DNA of 63,704 nt, the filler included, from Reticulomyxa filosa (Eukaryota; Protista; Foraminifera), in assembly GCA_000512085.1 (NCBI GenBank). It is 16 parts of 16 records of this genome, joined end to end, with 100 filler letters (N's around TTAATTAATTAA, not from the genome) between each part and the next. Parts side by side here need not be neighbours in the genome. Positions count along the whole stretch, not along the records: positions 25,934 to 28,611 come from ASPP01007707.1; positions 28,712 to 31,680 come from ASPP01020555.1; positions 31,781 to 33,574 come from ASPP01016458.1; positions 33,675 to 35,884 come from ASPP01005262.1; positions 35,985 to 38,473 come from ASPP01020151.1; 11 more parts are not named here. One strand, 5' to 3'. The position numbers and the translations under genes were made by a program. This document shows, one piece after another, positions 25,834-36,893 of this stretch (its first letter is position 1; each line of letters starts with the position of its first letter). The notes beneath the pieces were generated by a model, which searched no databases, was not told the DNA's origin, and saw only the letters and a program-made list of their open reading frames with translations.

Positions 25834-25989
25834 NNNNNNNNNNNNNNNNNNNNNNNNNNNNNNNNNNNNNNNNNNNNTTAATTAATTAANNNNNNNNNNN
25901 NNNNNNNNNNNNNNNNNNNNNNNNNNNNNNNNNGAAAGTTGAAAAAAAAAAAAAAAAAAAAAAGGGGGGTTGTAAACAGCTTCGTTTTC

Positions 25990-26987
25990 TTTTTAAACTA
26001 TCACACACACAATTTGACATTATCAGCAAAAACGTCCATGAAAGTTCGCAACCGAACGCGGAAGTTAAAAAAATCAGTACGGAAATACCAATCGTTGGTT
26101 TTCGACACCGTCAACATGGCATTCACTATCGCAAATACGGCTTTTTCTTCTACATGTTGAATCATTACTTCCTTTTTTTTTTTTTTTTTTGAGACCAATC
26201 TTCCTTTTTTTTTTTTTTTAAGGTTTAAAAAAAAAACAAAACAACTTTTACCACAACAAATGGAATTTGAGGACAATAATGCAGGGAATCATGATCGACT
26301 GCCAACACCACCAATATTTTTCTTGCACAGTACTTTGTTTTAGGAGGTAGGGTTTTGAAGCGACATTTACTACCAAACATTGGAAATTGTGGAAAGTCTT
26401 GCATTTCTATCCCTTCAAATAATGTCTTGGTCAGGTCTTTATATCGAATCATGTCCTTTTCGCTTGCATTCGTTGCTTTTACCCAGACCAGATGGCGGTC
26501 ACTTTCATCACAACCCTCTCGTGCCAACTTGCGCAGAAGCTGATAGGCCTCCTGTTTCGGACGTTTCGATCGTGCTTTAGCCAGATTGCTTCGCTGTCGA
26601 TATCGTTCAAGTTTGACGCTGTTGGATTCATCATCGAGCAGCAAGAAAACGGCTTACGAGCTCCTCTGTCTAAACTGAACATTTAGCCAACACTACTTAT
26701 ATCTTAAAAATCAAAAAAAATATCAGAGTTTCAAATATTTATCTGTGATGATGTTAAAAAAAAAAAAGCGTCCTGTCTTTGTTTTTAACAACAAAACACA
26801 ACTTACCAGTTCTGATAATAATTTCTTATGCTGTAACTTTATTCAGACCATATATCTTACAGAATCTTGCATAACTAGTCAGTAAAATATATTTCATTAT
26901 AATATGTATTCATATTAAGAATAATTCATTTACAAACGGACTTCCACATTTAGTTAGAATATCGTCAATATTTTCATCAGAATACAT
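25990..26987 (-). CDS. Rab-GAP TBC-domain protein (TBC1D24-like), multi-exon, 3'-truncated
   Basis: LRKLAREG..RHLVW; ARKILVVLAVDHDSLHYCPQIPFVV|EVMIQHVEEKAVFAIVNAML; TFMDVF. Confidence 0.7.
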
Positions 26988-28065
26988 AATCAGCAAATAA
27001 TATATTTTATAATATATTTAAATATATTCGGCATCTCACATTATTTATATCAAAATATACATTAATAACATTTCAATATGCCTTTTTAGACACCATTTTT
27101 ACCTAAGTATATAGTAAATATATCAAATCACAAATTTTTTCTTAAAATTTTTTGTTAAAAAAAATAAATTAGCATAAAATATTAACTATATAAATATTAT
27201 ATATTCGATTATTTCTTTCTTTAACTAATGTAAATGTTTGATCTTTTCTATTTTGTTCAAATATTCAAATACTTCAAAAAAAATATTATTTAGAAATTAT
27301 TTTTTAAATACCTTATTTTTAAATCGATGACCCTAATTCTAACCTAACGCCACTTTGACTAGTCTATTATTAGTTTATAATATGTAAAAATTTAATATTT
27401 TATAATTTTTAACAAAAAATTTAAAAATATTGTTTGTATTTATTTAAATATATATTATAATTTTAACTTTATCATTTTCATAATAACTGCTATTTTCTCT
27501 ATAATCAAAAGTATTTATTTTTAATGAAATTTGTAATTAATGAAAAATTAACAATAAATTTTTTTAAAAAAATTATTAATTGAATCTTTTACTAACTATT
27601 CTGGTGTGTACAAACAATTCTTTCATTTAGATGAGGCGATGATGTGCGATAACCAGAGCAGTAAGCAAAGCATATAAGGCAAAATTGCGTCATATCTTAG
27701 TCTACTGTACTGTAGACTGAACTAAAAAATACCCTTTTACAAAGAGGACAAGAACTACAAAAAAACTGCAAAAAGTACAAAAACTTTTGTGTTCTAGATA
27801 GTGTAAGAAAAACTAATTACAAGATAGTTTTAAATTTCAGTGCGATAAAAAAAAAGTTTATTGTCATAAACAAAACTAAAGCTATTATTAAAATTACTAT
27901 TGCATACTTATATTTATGTTGAAAAAGGCGCTGCAATTGTTTGCCTTATTTTCCAATGCAAACAAGGTCCATATTATATTTTTGCTTTGAGAAAGTTAAC
28001 GAGTATAATAGTGAAAGCAGTGAAAAGTAAAAGGTATAAATAAAAATTCCAATCTGTCATCTTCA

Positions 28066-28593
28066 ATGACGTCTATGCTTCGTGAGTGTGCAAAATGTCA
28101 AAAGCCAATTATTGACAATGATGGTTTTGAATTGCAATCAACCCATGAGGTTTTTCACAGCAGTTGTTATACTTGCGATGACTGTGGCAAGCCTGCAGCA
28201 AACAAACGTGTTACAATGTTGGAAAACCCGAAAACGAAAAAGCCGCAACGTGTTTGTAACGACTGTTTACTGAAGCGTCCCGAGTTTTTAAGTGCAAGTG
28301 GGTCAAGCTCGAATTCCGGGCCGCCGCCAGTAGTGCCAGCGAACAATATGAAGTGTAGTGTGTGCGGCAATAATATCATTGGAAAAGCAAGAAAGAATCA
28401 GTCAACGGGAGAATACTTTCATGAAAATTGTTATTACAAGTGCGAACATTGCGGAAAATCCTTGGCCAGCGTTAAATATGGGATGGTCGGAACAGCGAAG
28501 TGGTGCGAATCGTGCATTAATGATAGAGAGCGCGAAGTCGGAGATTTCACCACAAAAAACTCGACCAAGGGCCCATCACAAGGAAAAGTTTGA
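28066..28593 (+). CDS. LIM-domain protein (2 LIM domains; may continue past contig end)
   Basis: CxxC-x17-HxxC-xx-CxxC-x21-CxxC, and a second similar domain CSVC..HENC..CEHC..CESC. Confidence 0.88.
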   Translation: MTSMLRECAKCQKPIIDNDGFELQSTHEVFHSSCYTCDDCGKPAANKRVTMLENPKTKKPQRVCNDCLLKRPEFLSASGSSSNSGPPPVVPANNMKCSVCGNNIIGKARKNQSTGEYFHENCYYKCEHCGKSLASVKYGMVGTAKWCESCINDREREVGDFTTKNSTKGPSQGKV

Positions 28594-28829
28594 ATTGAAA
28601 ATGAACAACAANNNNNNNNNNNNNNNNNNNNNNNNNNNNNNNNNNNNNNNNNNNNTTAATTAATTAANNNNNNNNNNNNNNNNNNNNNNNNNNNNNNNNN
28701 NNNNNNNNNNNCGACGGTGAGATACAAAAAGTTGCACGAGTTCCATCAATCGCATCGAAGCGACAAGCAGCTGAAGAACAACAAAGCAACCAGTGCCACT
28801 CACATTCCCCAACAAACACATGCTCAACG

Positions 28830-30790
28830 ATCCCATGTCCACGCACTTTGTTGTCAAGTGACGTGAGTAGCTGCTGCCAATCTATCTGGGTACGCTGTGC
28901 ATGAACAATTATGTCGTGGAGACTTAGCTGTTTTACGGCCTGCTTTATTCCGCCTGACATTGTCGAAAAGTACTATCACAAGAGCCACAATTACAATCAC
29001 GTTTTCACTTAATGCTGAAAGTAACAATGGCAGTAAGGCGGATGATGACAACAATGATGAGGATGATGGATAATAATAGTGATGATCGCAATAGCGATGG
29101 CAATGACAATGATGATGCAAGTAATGAAGAAGAAGAAGAGAAGAAGAAGAGAAGAAGAAAAGTAAAGGCACATTGAATTTGAAACAAAACGCCAACGCAA
29201 AAGAAGAAGGATGAAACGTCGAGCAAATTCTCCACATGGACAGCAACAGTTTGGATGTCGGCAATCGTGCTGTTCCATTACCGTCGGAGATCAAGCCAAT
29301 TCAAACAAGAGTGAAATCGAAGAAGAAGACCCACTAATCAAATCGATACTAATCCCACAACGAGCTAAAGTTGTATTTTGTATATACACATATATACATA
29401 TGCATATGTATTCATATACATATACATATGTATATATGTATGTATATAGAAGTAGACATGGGTGTACATCTGGACGGACAAATCAAGCGAGGAAGACAGT
29501 GTGTATCTGCAAATTGGAGTGCTTGTGAACGACTTGTTTGTGATATCAAACTGGCCGCAGCTTTGTTTGTGATTTGAACATGTTCCGTCTGCTGGTGGTA
29601 TTCGCATTCGCATCCAAACGAAGAATGTAATGTGCTGGGCCAAAGTGGAAAAAAAGCCAAGAAAACAAAGAGCCCACTCATCATTATCATAATTATCAGC
29701 AGCAACAACAGAACGACGACAGCGACGAGAATCAAGGCACGAAGATGAATACAAAGTCCAATCATCTTTTTCCTTTTTTTTCGAAAGCAAAGGCAAAAAG
29801 CAAGTCGGTAAACATTATTTAATCAAACAATTGGAAGGAAGCAATCACTATTGGAAGAGATAGACGGACAAGCTAGCAAAAAAGTTGGATCGATGAAGCC
29901 AACAAGAAGGACAAGCTAAGCTAAAAAAAAAAAGCAGAAAAAGAACAAGAATAACAACAACAGCAAGCAATCCAAGAAACACGAAAGCACAAACGAATTG
30001 CTGAGTAAGCGATTATCTGCTGTTTTGGGTAGACAAAGTGTAGTAAAGTTTCACCATAATCCGCGGGACAATTGAACAAACTGGCGCATGGTTGCGAAAT
30101 CACTATTGTCAATATGTTCATTAACGCTGGCCCACGTCCTTTTTATGTCAATCATTTGCACATTTGAGATATATGAGATCACAGTATATACATGTGAGGT
30201 AATTCTGCTACAGCAGCAATACATGTAAACAAGACAACTGACGTTGCTTATATTCATCAGCAAATGTACGTTTAGCGATTCCATGTCCGCGCACTTTGGC
30301 AGAAGCTATTCATGTCGCTTGACGACAATCTATCTGGACACACTGTGCATGAACAAGTTTGTCGTGAAGAGTTTGCTGTTTTACAACCTGCTTTATCCCG
30401 TCTGACATTGTCGAAAAGTATTCTCGCAAGAGCCACGACGACAATCGCGTTCTCCCAATAATGCTAACAGGGACGATGGCAGTAAGGTAGATGATGACGA
30501 CGAAGATGATAATAGCGATGATCGCAATGGCAACGACAACGATGATGCAAATAATGAAAGAAGAAGAAAAGCAAACATACATTGAATTCGAAACAAAGCG
30601 GCCAAGGCAAAAGAAGAAAGAGGAAATATCGATCAGATTCTCCACATGGACAGCAACAGTTTGGATGTCGGCGATCATGCTATTCCATTGCCGCCGGAGA
30701 CCAAGCCCTATGCAAAAAAAGTCGCATCGCCAATACAAACAAGAAATTGAAGAAAATCAACTCATTATAATCGATATAGACTCCACAGCG
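28830..30790 (+). repeat. Diverged direct duplication (~500 nt; copies ~28830-29350 and ~30280-30790) of a decayed coding segment
   Basis: Shared blocks such as CTGTGCATGAACAA, CTGACATTGTCGAAAAG and ATTCTCCACATGGACAGCAACAGTTTGGATGTCGGC occur in both copies; stops in all frames. Confidence 0.8.
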
Positions 30791-31812
30791 AATCAATGAT
30801 CCATATGGAGTTATCACTGACCATGTACAAGGCCTGGTATATTTTTTTAAAATTAGTATTTAGTATTAATTTAAAAAAAAAAAGATTACAGTGCTTTGCA
30901 CAACAAGAAACATGACAATTGACCAGAGTGTCAAGAGTTACTATCAAGGAGGAAGAGAATGGAGGAAATATTGAAGAGATTGCATATTCTTCCCTTGTGC
31001 GTGTGTCTTTACGACGCAGCATCAAGTCAATGTGAAATCAAGACCGGAACTATTATGCAGTGCACTACTCTTAGTTTGGATGGAGAGAAAGAGAAAGAAG
31101 AAGATGAAGGGAAGATTAAAAGAAAAAAAGAGTATATGCAAGAATATTGATCAATAACATTTGGAGTATATAACATCAAACAATACGAATGGATTATATG
31201 AAAGGAGGACGACTTATCAGTGCAAGGAATGTGAAATTATGGTGAAAAGCAAATATCCAAGTTCACATAGACAAAGATGAATAAAAAGAATTGACATAAT
31301 AAATTCCTTTGGGAGTATCGATATACGTTTCACCAGACGGTGTCATAAGTGATAACGGAGTGTATGTTAATCTTGGGTATTGTTGTGATTGCAAAAGCAC
31401 AATACTTTCACTCCCAAAGTCAATTAGCTGAACACGCAAATTTTGGACAAATATCCAACTGGGTAAATATTTGTGTTGATTATATTGTATGTGACACCCA
31501 ATGTCACACACATACTGATGCAAATTGATATGACTTCAGCTTTGATTTGATGGAAAATATCAAAATTGTGCTGTATTGATGATTGGAATAAAAAATGAAA
31601 AAAATGTTTGATTCATTTGCTTTTTTTTTTGGTTCGTTGGTTTGGTACAATTCTTTTATCATTTTTCTACAATTTTGCTTNNNNNNNNNNNNNNNNNNNN
31701 NNNNNNNNNNNNNNNNNNNNNNNNTTAATTAATTAANNNNNNNNNNNNNNNNNNNNNNNNNNNNNNNNNNNNNNNNNNNNAAAAAGAAAAAGAAAAAGAA
31801 AAAGAAAAAAAG

Positions 31813-32394
31813 ACAACCCCAAATGATGCAAAAATACCGTGGATAATTGATCAATGGTTTCGAGAAAGTACGGGACACGAGTACATGCCTCCGGGATTGC
31901 CGGAGATGATAATCATGTTTCAAGGGGGGACGTTTTACAACGAGGTGGATGCGAATTTGAAAGAAGACGAAAAACAAGAATGGCTGAGCTGGTTCGCCAA
32001 ATTTGACAAGTCGTATGATATCTTTGGAAAGATTATGGTCGAGGATTTAGCGAAACTAATCAAAGAAAAGGACCTGGAAGATCTCACGGAGAAGGTGCGA
32101 GACAAAATTTTCAATGAGATGCAACAGGAGGGCTACTTATTCCGACCTATTGACCACCATCAATGGTCACGACAGCAACAGCAAGCATCACAACACGATA
32201 ATGATCGTCAATATATCTCTACTGAACATGCCGGGCTTGATGACGATGTGCCTCGGCACTCCAACTCGCCCACTCCCTTCGTTTCTCAAAAAGAAAAACC
32301 ACAATCTCTTTCGTGGCTTAAAAGAGAGGAGTTTTTGGTGTTTGTTGTTCGGTGGAAGCAACGGCCCAAGCCTACACAGTGTGGGACACAATAG
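31813..32394 (+). CDS. 3' end of a hypothetical protein with a box-like helix pair and SAM-like domain
   Basis: Exon after an A-rich acceptor: TTPNDAKIPWIIDQWFRESTGHEYMPPGLPEMIIMF..EWLSWFAKFDKSYDIF..DLAKLIKEKDLEDLTEKVRDKIF. Confidence 0.55.
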   Translation, partial: TTPNDAKIPWIIDQWFRESTGHEYMPPGLPEMIIMFQGGTFYNEVDANLKEDEKQEWLSWFAKFDKSYDIFGKIMVEDLAKLIKEKDLEDLTEKVRDKIFNEMQQEGYLFRPIDHHQWSRQQQQASQHDNDRQYISTEHAGLDDDVPRHSNSPTPFVSQKEKPQSLSWLKREEFLVFVVRWKQRPKPTQCGTQ

Positions 32395-32611
32395 TCTACC
32401 TTCTTGGTGTGTGACCTGGTTTAGTTCAACTTTTTCTTGTAAGTTCAATCTCTTCGCTGTACACTCTTTTTCTAACTTGTATTTAACAGTGCGCTGTCTT
32501 TTCGCAAGGGTTAATGCACCTAGAAAGGCAACTAGGAAAACGGAACTTCTTTCTTTTTTTTTTTTTTTAGGGAAATCTGGTCATCTATATTAATTTTAAA
32601 ACCTAAAGAGA

Positions 32612-33029
32612 ATGGTAAGTGCTGTCAAAAAAATTGATATTTCTGAGTTTGCACAAGAAGAAATATTGATAGAGCTCGTTCGCGCCCAAGAAAATAGTGG
32701 ATACTTTTATTCGCAGTGCGCCAGTGGCGGTGTTTTCCAAAAGTACCTGCCCTTATTCCGCACGTGCCAAACAACTATTACGTTCTCGGGTAGAACCACA
32801 ATATCTTCGAGTAATGGAAGTAGATAAAGAATACAACTCCAATGAAATGACAGAGTTGCAAAATTATTTTCAAACCCTGACAGGAAAGCGAACATTCCCA
32901 AGAGTATTTATCGGGGGGAAATGTGTTGGAGGAGCTGACGACACTGAAAAATTGGACAAAAATAATGAATTGGCGCCATTAATTGAGCAGTTAATAGAAA
33001 AAAAAGGGGAAACAAATATTAAAACATAA
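32612..33029 (+). CDS. Monothiol glutaredoxin (CPYS); ATG-only first exon, intron 32615..32672
   Basis: M|SSFAPKKIVDTFIRSAPVAVFSKSTCPYS..TGKRTFPRVFIGGKCVGGADD. Confidence 0.92.
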
Positions 33030-33899
33030 AAACACAACCACAATAATCAAATAGGGCAAAGAAAACGTTTTCAAGCAACAAATCGAATTTATAAAAATAT
33101 GTTTGTTGGAGATTATTGACATTTTAATTTTCTGCATTGCCTTTCCAACTTATATAATTTTTTACAGTGAATTGTTACGTTGACTTTTATTTTCATATGC
33201 ATCTTTTCATCTATATCTGCAATTTTTTTATCTGCAACATTTCAACATATTTAAATTGCACAGTAAATACTTTTTATATCGTCTCCGTCTTCGCGGGAAG
33301 AAATCTTTTAAAAATGGATAGATTTCTATCTGAAAGCACTACTTCTCGCATGCGGGGAAATGAACAAATTCAAAAACTGAAGATTTCCTTCAATTGTAGA
33401 AATCAGTCAATATCAAAAAATTGATAATTATATGCTTTTGTTTCACAAGAAAAAAGAGCGTAATGATTTGTCAATCACAACTTTGAAAAGAATTAAAAAA
33501 TATATTGTAGCTTTTAAATATTAAGTTGGTTTTATAATAACTTTTCTAGATTAGTCAAAATGATTGTTTTTTCANNNNNNNNNNNNNNNNNNNNNNNNNN
33601 NNNNNNNNNNNNNNNNNNTTAATTAATTAANNNNNNNNNNNNNNNNNNNNNNNNNNNNNNNNNNNNNNNNNNNNGTGTGGAAATAGGGGAACTGTACTGG
33701 AACAATCTTTGCAGCGGGGGAACCTATGGTACAAAGCACACACTTAAATATATTCAAAAAAAAGAAGATAATAAGACAAACCTGTTGTTCTCCTTTCGGA
33801 GACGGGGGTGGTTTCTACCCCATATTCTTTTTTTTTTTCTAATCATATTTGAGTGTTCTATTTTAAATAAACACACACAATATATACCTTAAGTTAGAT

Positions 33900-35565
33900 A
33901 AAACAAAAAATAAAGACCTACCTTCTATGGCGTCGAGCGCCCACAGTGAGTGCCATTTATTCTATTGGTCACTCCAATTCAACAATTTGACCACATTGTT
34001 CTCCTACGTATTCTATATACAAGTCACAACAAAAAATAATTTGATATTATTGTAACAACAATAAAAAAATAAAGTTAACTTTGAAATGCCACATGATATC
34101 GTCGACGTTTGGATAGTAACTTGGAAATAATTGCATTTATAATATAGCATCCACTGAATGTTGTCATCACGATACATTTGCACGATATTGACATCAATGT
34201 TTGGAGGACTAGTTGCAATGTTTAGAGAAGTGGTTACAATATTTGGAGGATTAGTGGCAATTGTGGAGGAGTTGTGGCAATGTGTTGATATAATGGCATT
34301 TGCAATATGGAATGTGTGCAAAGATTGCGTTGCATGTGCAAGTGTAATTGAAGGAAATGCCTTTAATGAATGAGCGCTTCTTTGAACAAAGATGATGGGC
34401 ATCACGGCTGACTTGTTCGTCAGTTGCGTTATGCTCCACTCATTCCATTTGCGCAAAGAGCGCTTCAATCATTTCAGGCACAAGCCTAGCAATTGGGCGA
34501 TGACGACTGACTTTAATCGCACTTTGTACCAGCAATTGCAGCCGGTCGGGCAATGCGTTAAAGTCAGCGTCGTTGCCAACGTACACTTACCAATGATCGC
34601 ATACCCGCACTAATTTTCCCATGCGATATCGTTTGATCTATCCAATTTTTTATTTTTTTGTTTGTTTTAAAAAAAAAAAAAGAAGAAAAAGAAAACTTAA
34701 CATTGCAGAATTGTCGATGGAATTGTTGGTGCACCTATTTGAAATTGAGTATTATTTGCATTGGACATTGAGACGCTGGAAAAGTAAATTTGCCATTGAT
34801 ATTGGTAATTGAGTTCTGCGTACGAGCCGACATTGCACATAGAATGGTTGATCGCACATGACATCTTCAATACTATAATCGATTCTGATAGTCGACACAA
34901 CGTATACTCTTTATTTGACCGCGTTCTTGTCACCACTTCAACTTTGCTATCTGCCAATACTATGCTGTTTTGTTTTTTTAAAAATCAAATCAATCATATA
35001 TGCAATACTTGCTCACCATTACTATCTATGCTATAAGTAACCAACCTTTTTTTCATAAACGATATTTTTTTTTTTTTTTTTTATTTGATCTTTATACAGC
35101 TATTATTTACCTGTGTGACACTGATTTCAATGTCGATTTGCAAAAAGTCGACAAGATAACCAAAATTGATTGGAACATATCCATGGACTGCGTTTTGATA
35201 TATAAAATCTTATTGGACATTGTTGCATTGATCAACAGCGTGCTCGTTGGAAAACGTATACTTTCGTTTTCTGATACAATTGACCGCTTGTTGAAAATGT
35301 GCAAATCTGATAAGATTGTCAATTTGTAGATTTGTGCACAGTGCAAAAATTTCCACGTTTTCGATGCCCGCACGTTGTCGATGTAGTAATTACTCCATAA
35401 TGTTGCAAATATGACCATATTGCTGTGATAATTCGAATGTGTTTGTCCGTTCGCCAAGTCCTTGCTTAAATTGAATATCACACTTGATACCACTAAGAAT
35501 GCATTTAATACATGATGCAATGCCACCAACACCAACGATGCTTTCATACTGCGCGAAATAACCAA
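33900..35565 (-). CDS. Hypothetical multi-exon protein or pseudogene
   Basis: Collinear minus-strand ORFs 35107..35565, 34697..34957 and 34013..34468 separated by intron-like T/A tracts; no recognised domain; frame not fully reconstructable. Confidence 0.3.
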
Positions 35566-36343
35566 AGTTTTTCACCTAATATTTTCACTTATGTTTTGCC
35601 CCTTCTCCACTTATACTGGACACACTCAAAGGAAATGACATCAAATGAGCAATAGAGCCACTTTAAGAAAAATCAAAAAAAGGTTTGTGGTAAATGATTT
35701 ATAGAAATGCCGAGTCAATTAGGAAAATGAAATTTATCGTACTTTGTTTCATGTACATTTCACCTTAGCTCAATGCAGAAAAAAGTTGATGTTTTCCTCA
35801 TTTCAAATTTCTTTTCAAATTAGTCACAGCCTTGCTCACATAAAAGGCTAGCAGATAAAAAAAAAAATTTCCCAATCAAAAAAANNNNNNNNNNNNNNNN
35901 NNNNNNNNNNNNNNNNNNNNNNNNNNNNTTAATTAATTAANNNNNNNNNNNNNNNNNNNNNNNNNNNNNNNNNNNNNNNNNNNNGAACGACTAAGAACGT
36001 AGGAAAGATAAAGCATATCATTATGAATAATAATATATTTTATGTACATTTTTTTTATTGTTTGAAATGCAAATAAGCGAACAATAGCAGAGAAAAAAGA
36101 TAGTTTGCATTCACAAACTCTATTAATTATTCTTGCGCTAAGCAAGTCAATGAACACCTAGAGTCAGTGTCTACGGCTTGGCCCTGTTCTTTTGACATTG
36201 GGTTGTCGCTGTACAAATTTCTTAGATATCTTCTTGTTTATTTGTTTGTTTTTAGCATGGTCTGATTCATCTTCATCTTTCAGTATTACCTGATTCATGT
36301 TCATCATTATTGTCTGATTCATCTTCTTTACTTTCTCCTAATT

Positions 36344-36893
36344 TTATATATGTATATGTTTGATAAGAAAAAAGTCAACATCTCTTGCAATTGCTCTGAA
36401 GAAAATGGATACACATTGACTCTTTTTTTGAATGTAATGAAATTCACAATATTGTCGTTTTGAAAACGTCCATGCTATTACTATATGATATTTACCCTTT
36501 TCCATTTTATTCGCAATGACAACTCTGAGTGTCGCACTATTGTACGCATCCCTTCTTTCTTCATCTTTTCGACACATTGCTTGACCCACTCACAATGTCA
36601 CTATGTTTTTGCTGAAGTGAGTCCATATTGCGATCAGTCAAATACCCTTTTTTTTAGATGGTGCAAAAATACTGAATATCCGCAAGATACGTTCGCCAGT
36701 TTTTTTTGCACACATCCGGAAAGTGTCGCTCCGTAAATACACATTCTTTGTCGCGGGACGCCCTTTTTTTTTCATCCAACATGTTATTTATTAAATCATT
36801 TGCAAATACATAATATTTATTCACTGCGCTAGATGAAGCTACTCTTTGGAGCGTCTCGTCCAAAAAATCCTGTTCATCCATTATTTTCAACAA
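36344..36893 (-). CDS. Hypothetical or fragmented coding region
   Basis: Protein-like ORFs 36654..36893 and 36344..36589; no domain recognised. Confidence 0.2.

Noticed and set aside
27638-27720. Possible C/D snoRNA (ATGATGT...CTGA) with an AGTCTAC/GTAGACT hairpin
   Set aside because: Imperfect C box, no terminal stem and no recognisable guide sequence.
29380-29450. TA/CA-rich tracts (also near 17177, 20105 and 46070) as functional repeats
   Set aside because: Ordinary intronic microsatellite-like sequence.
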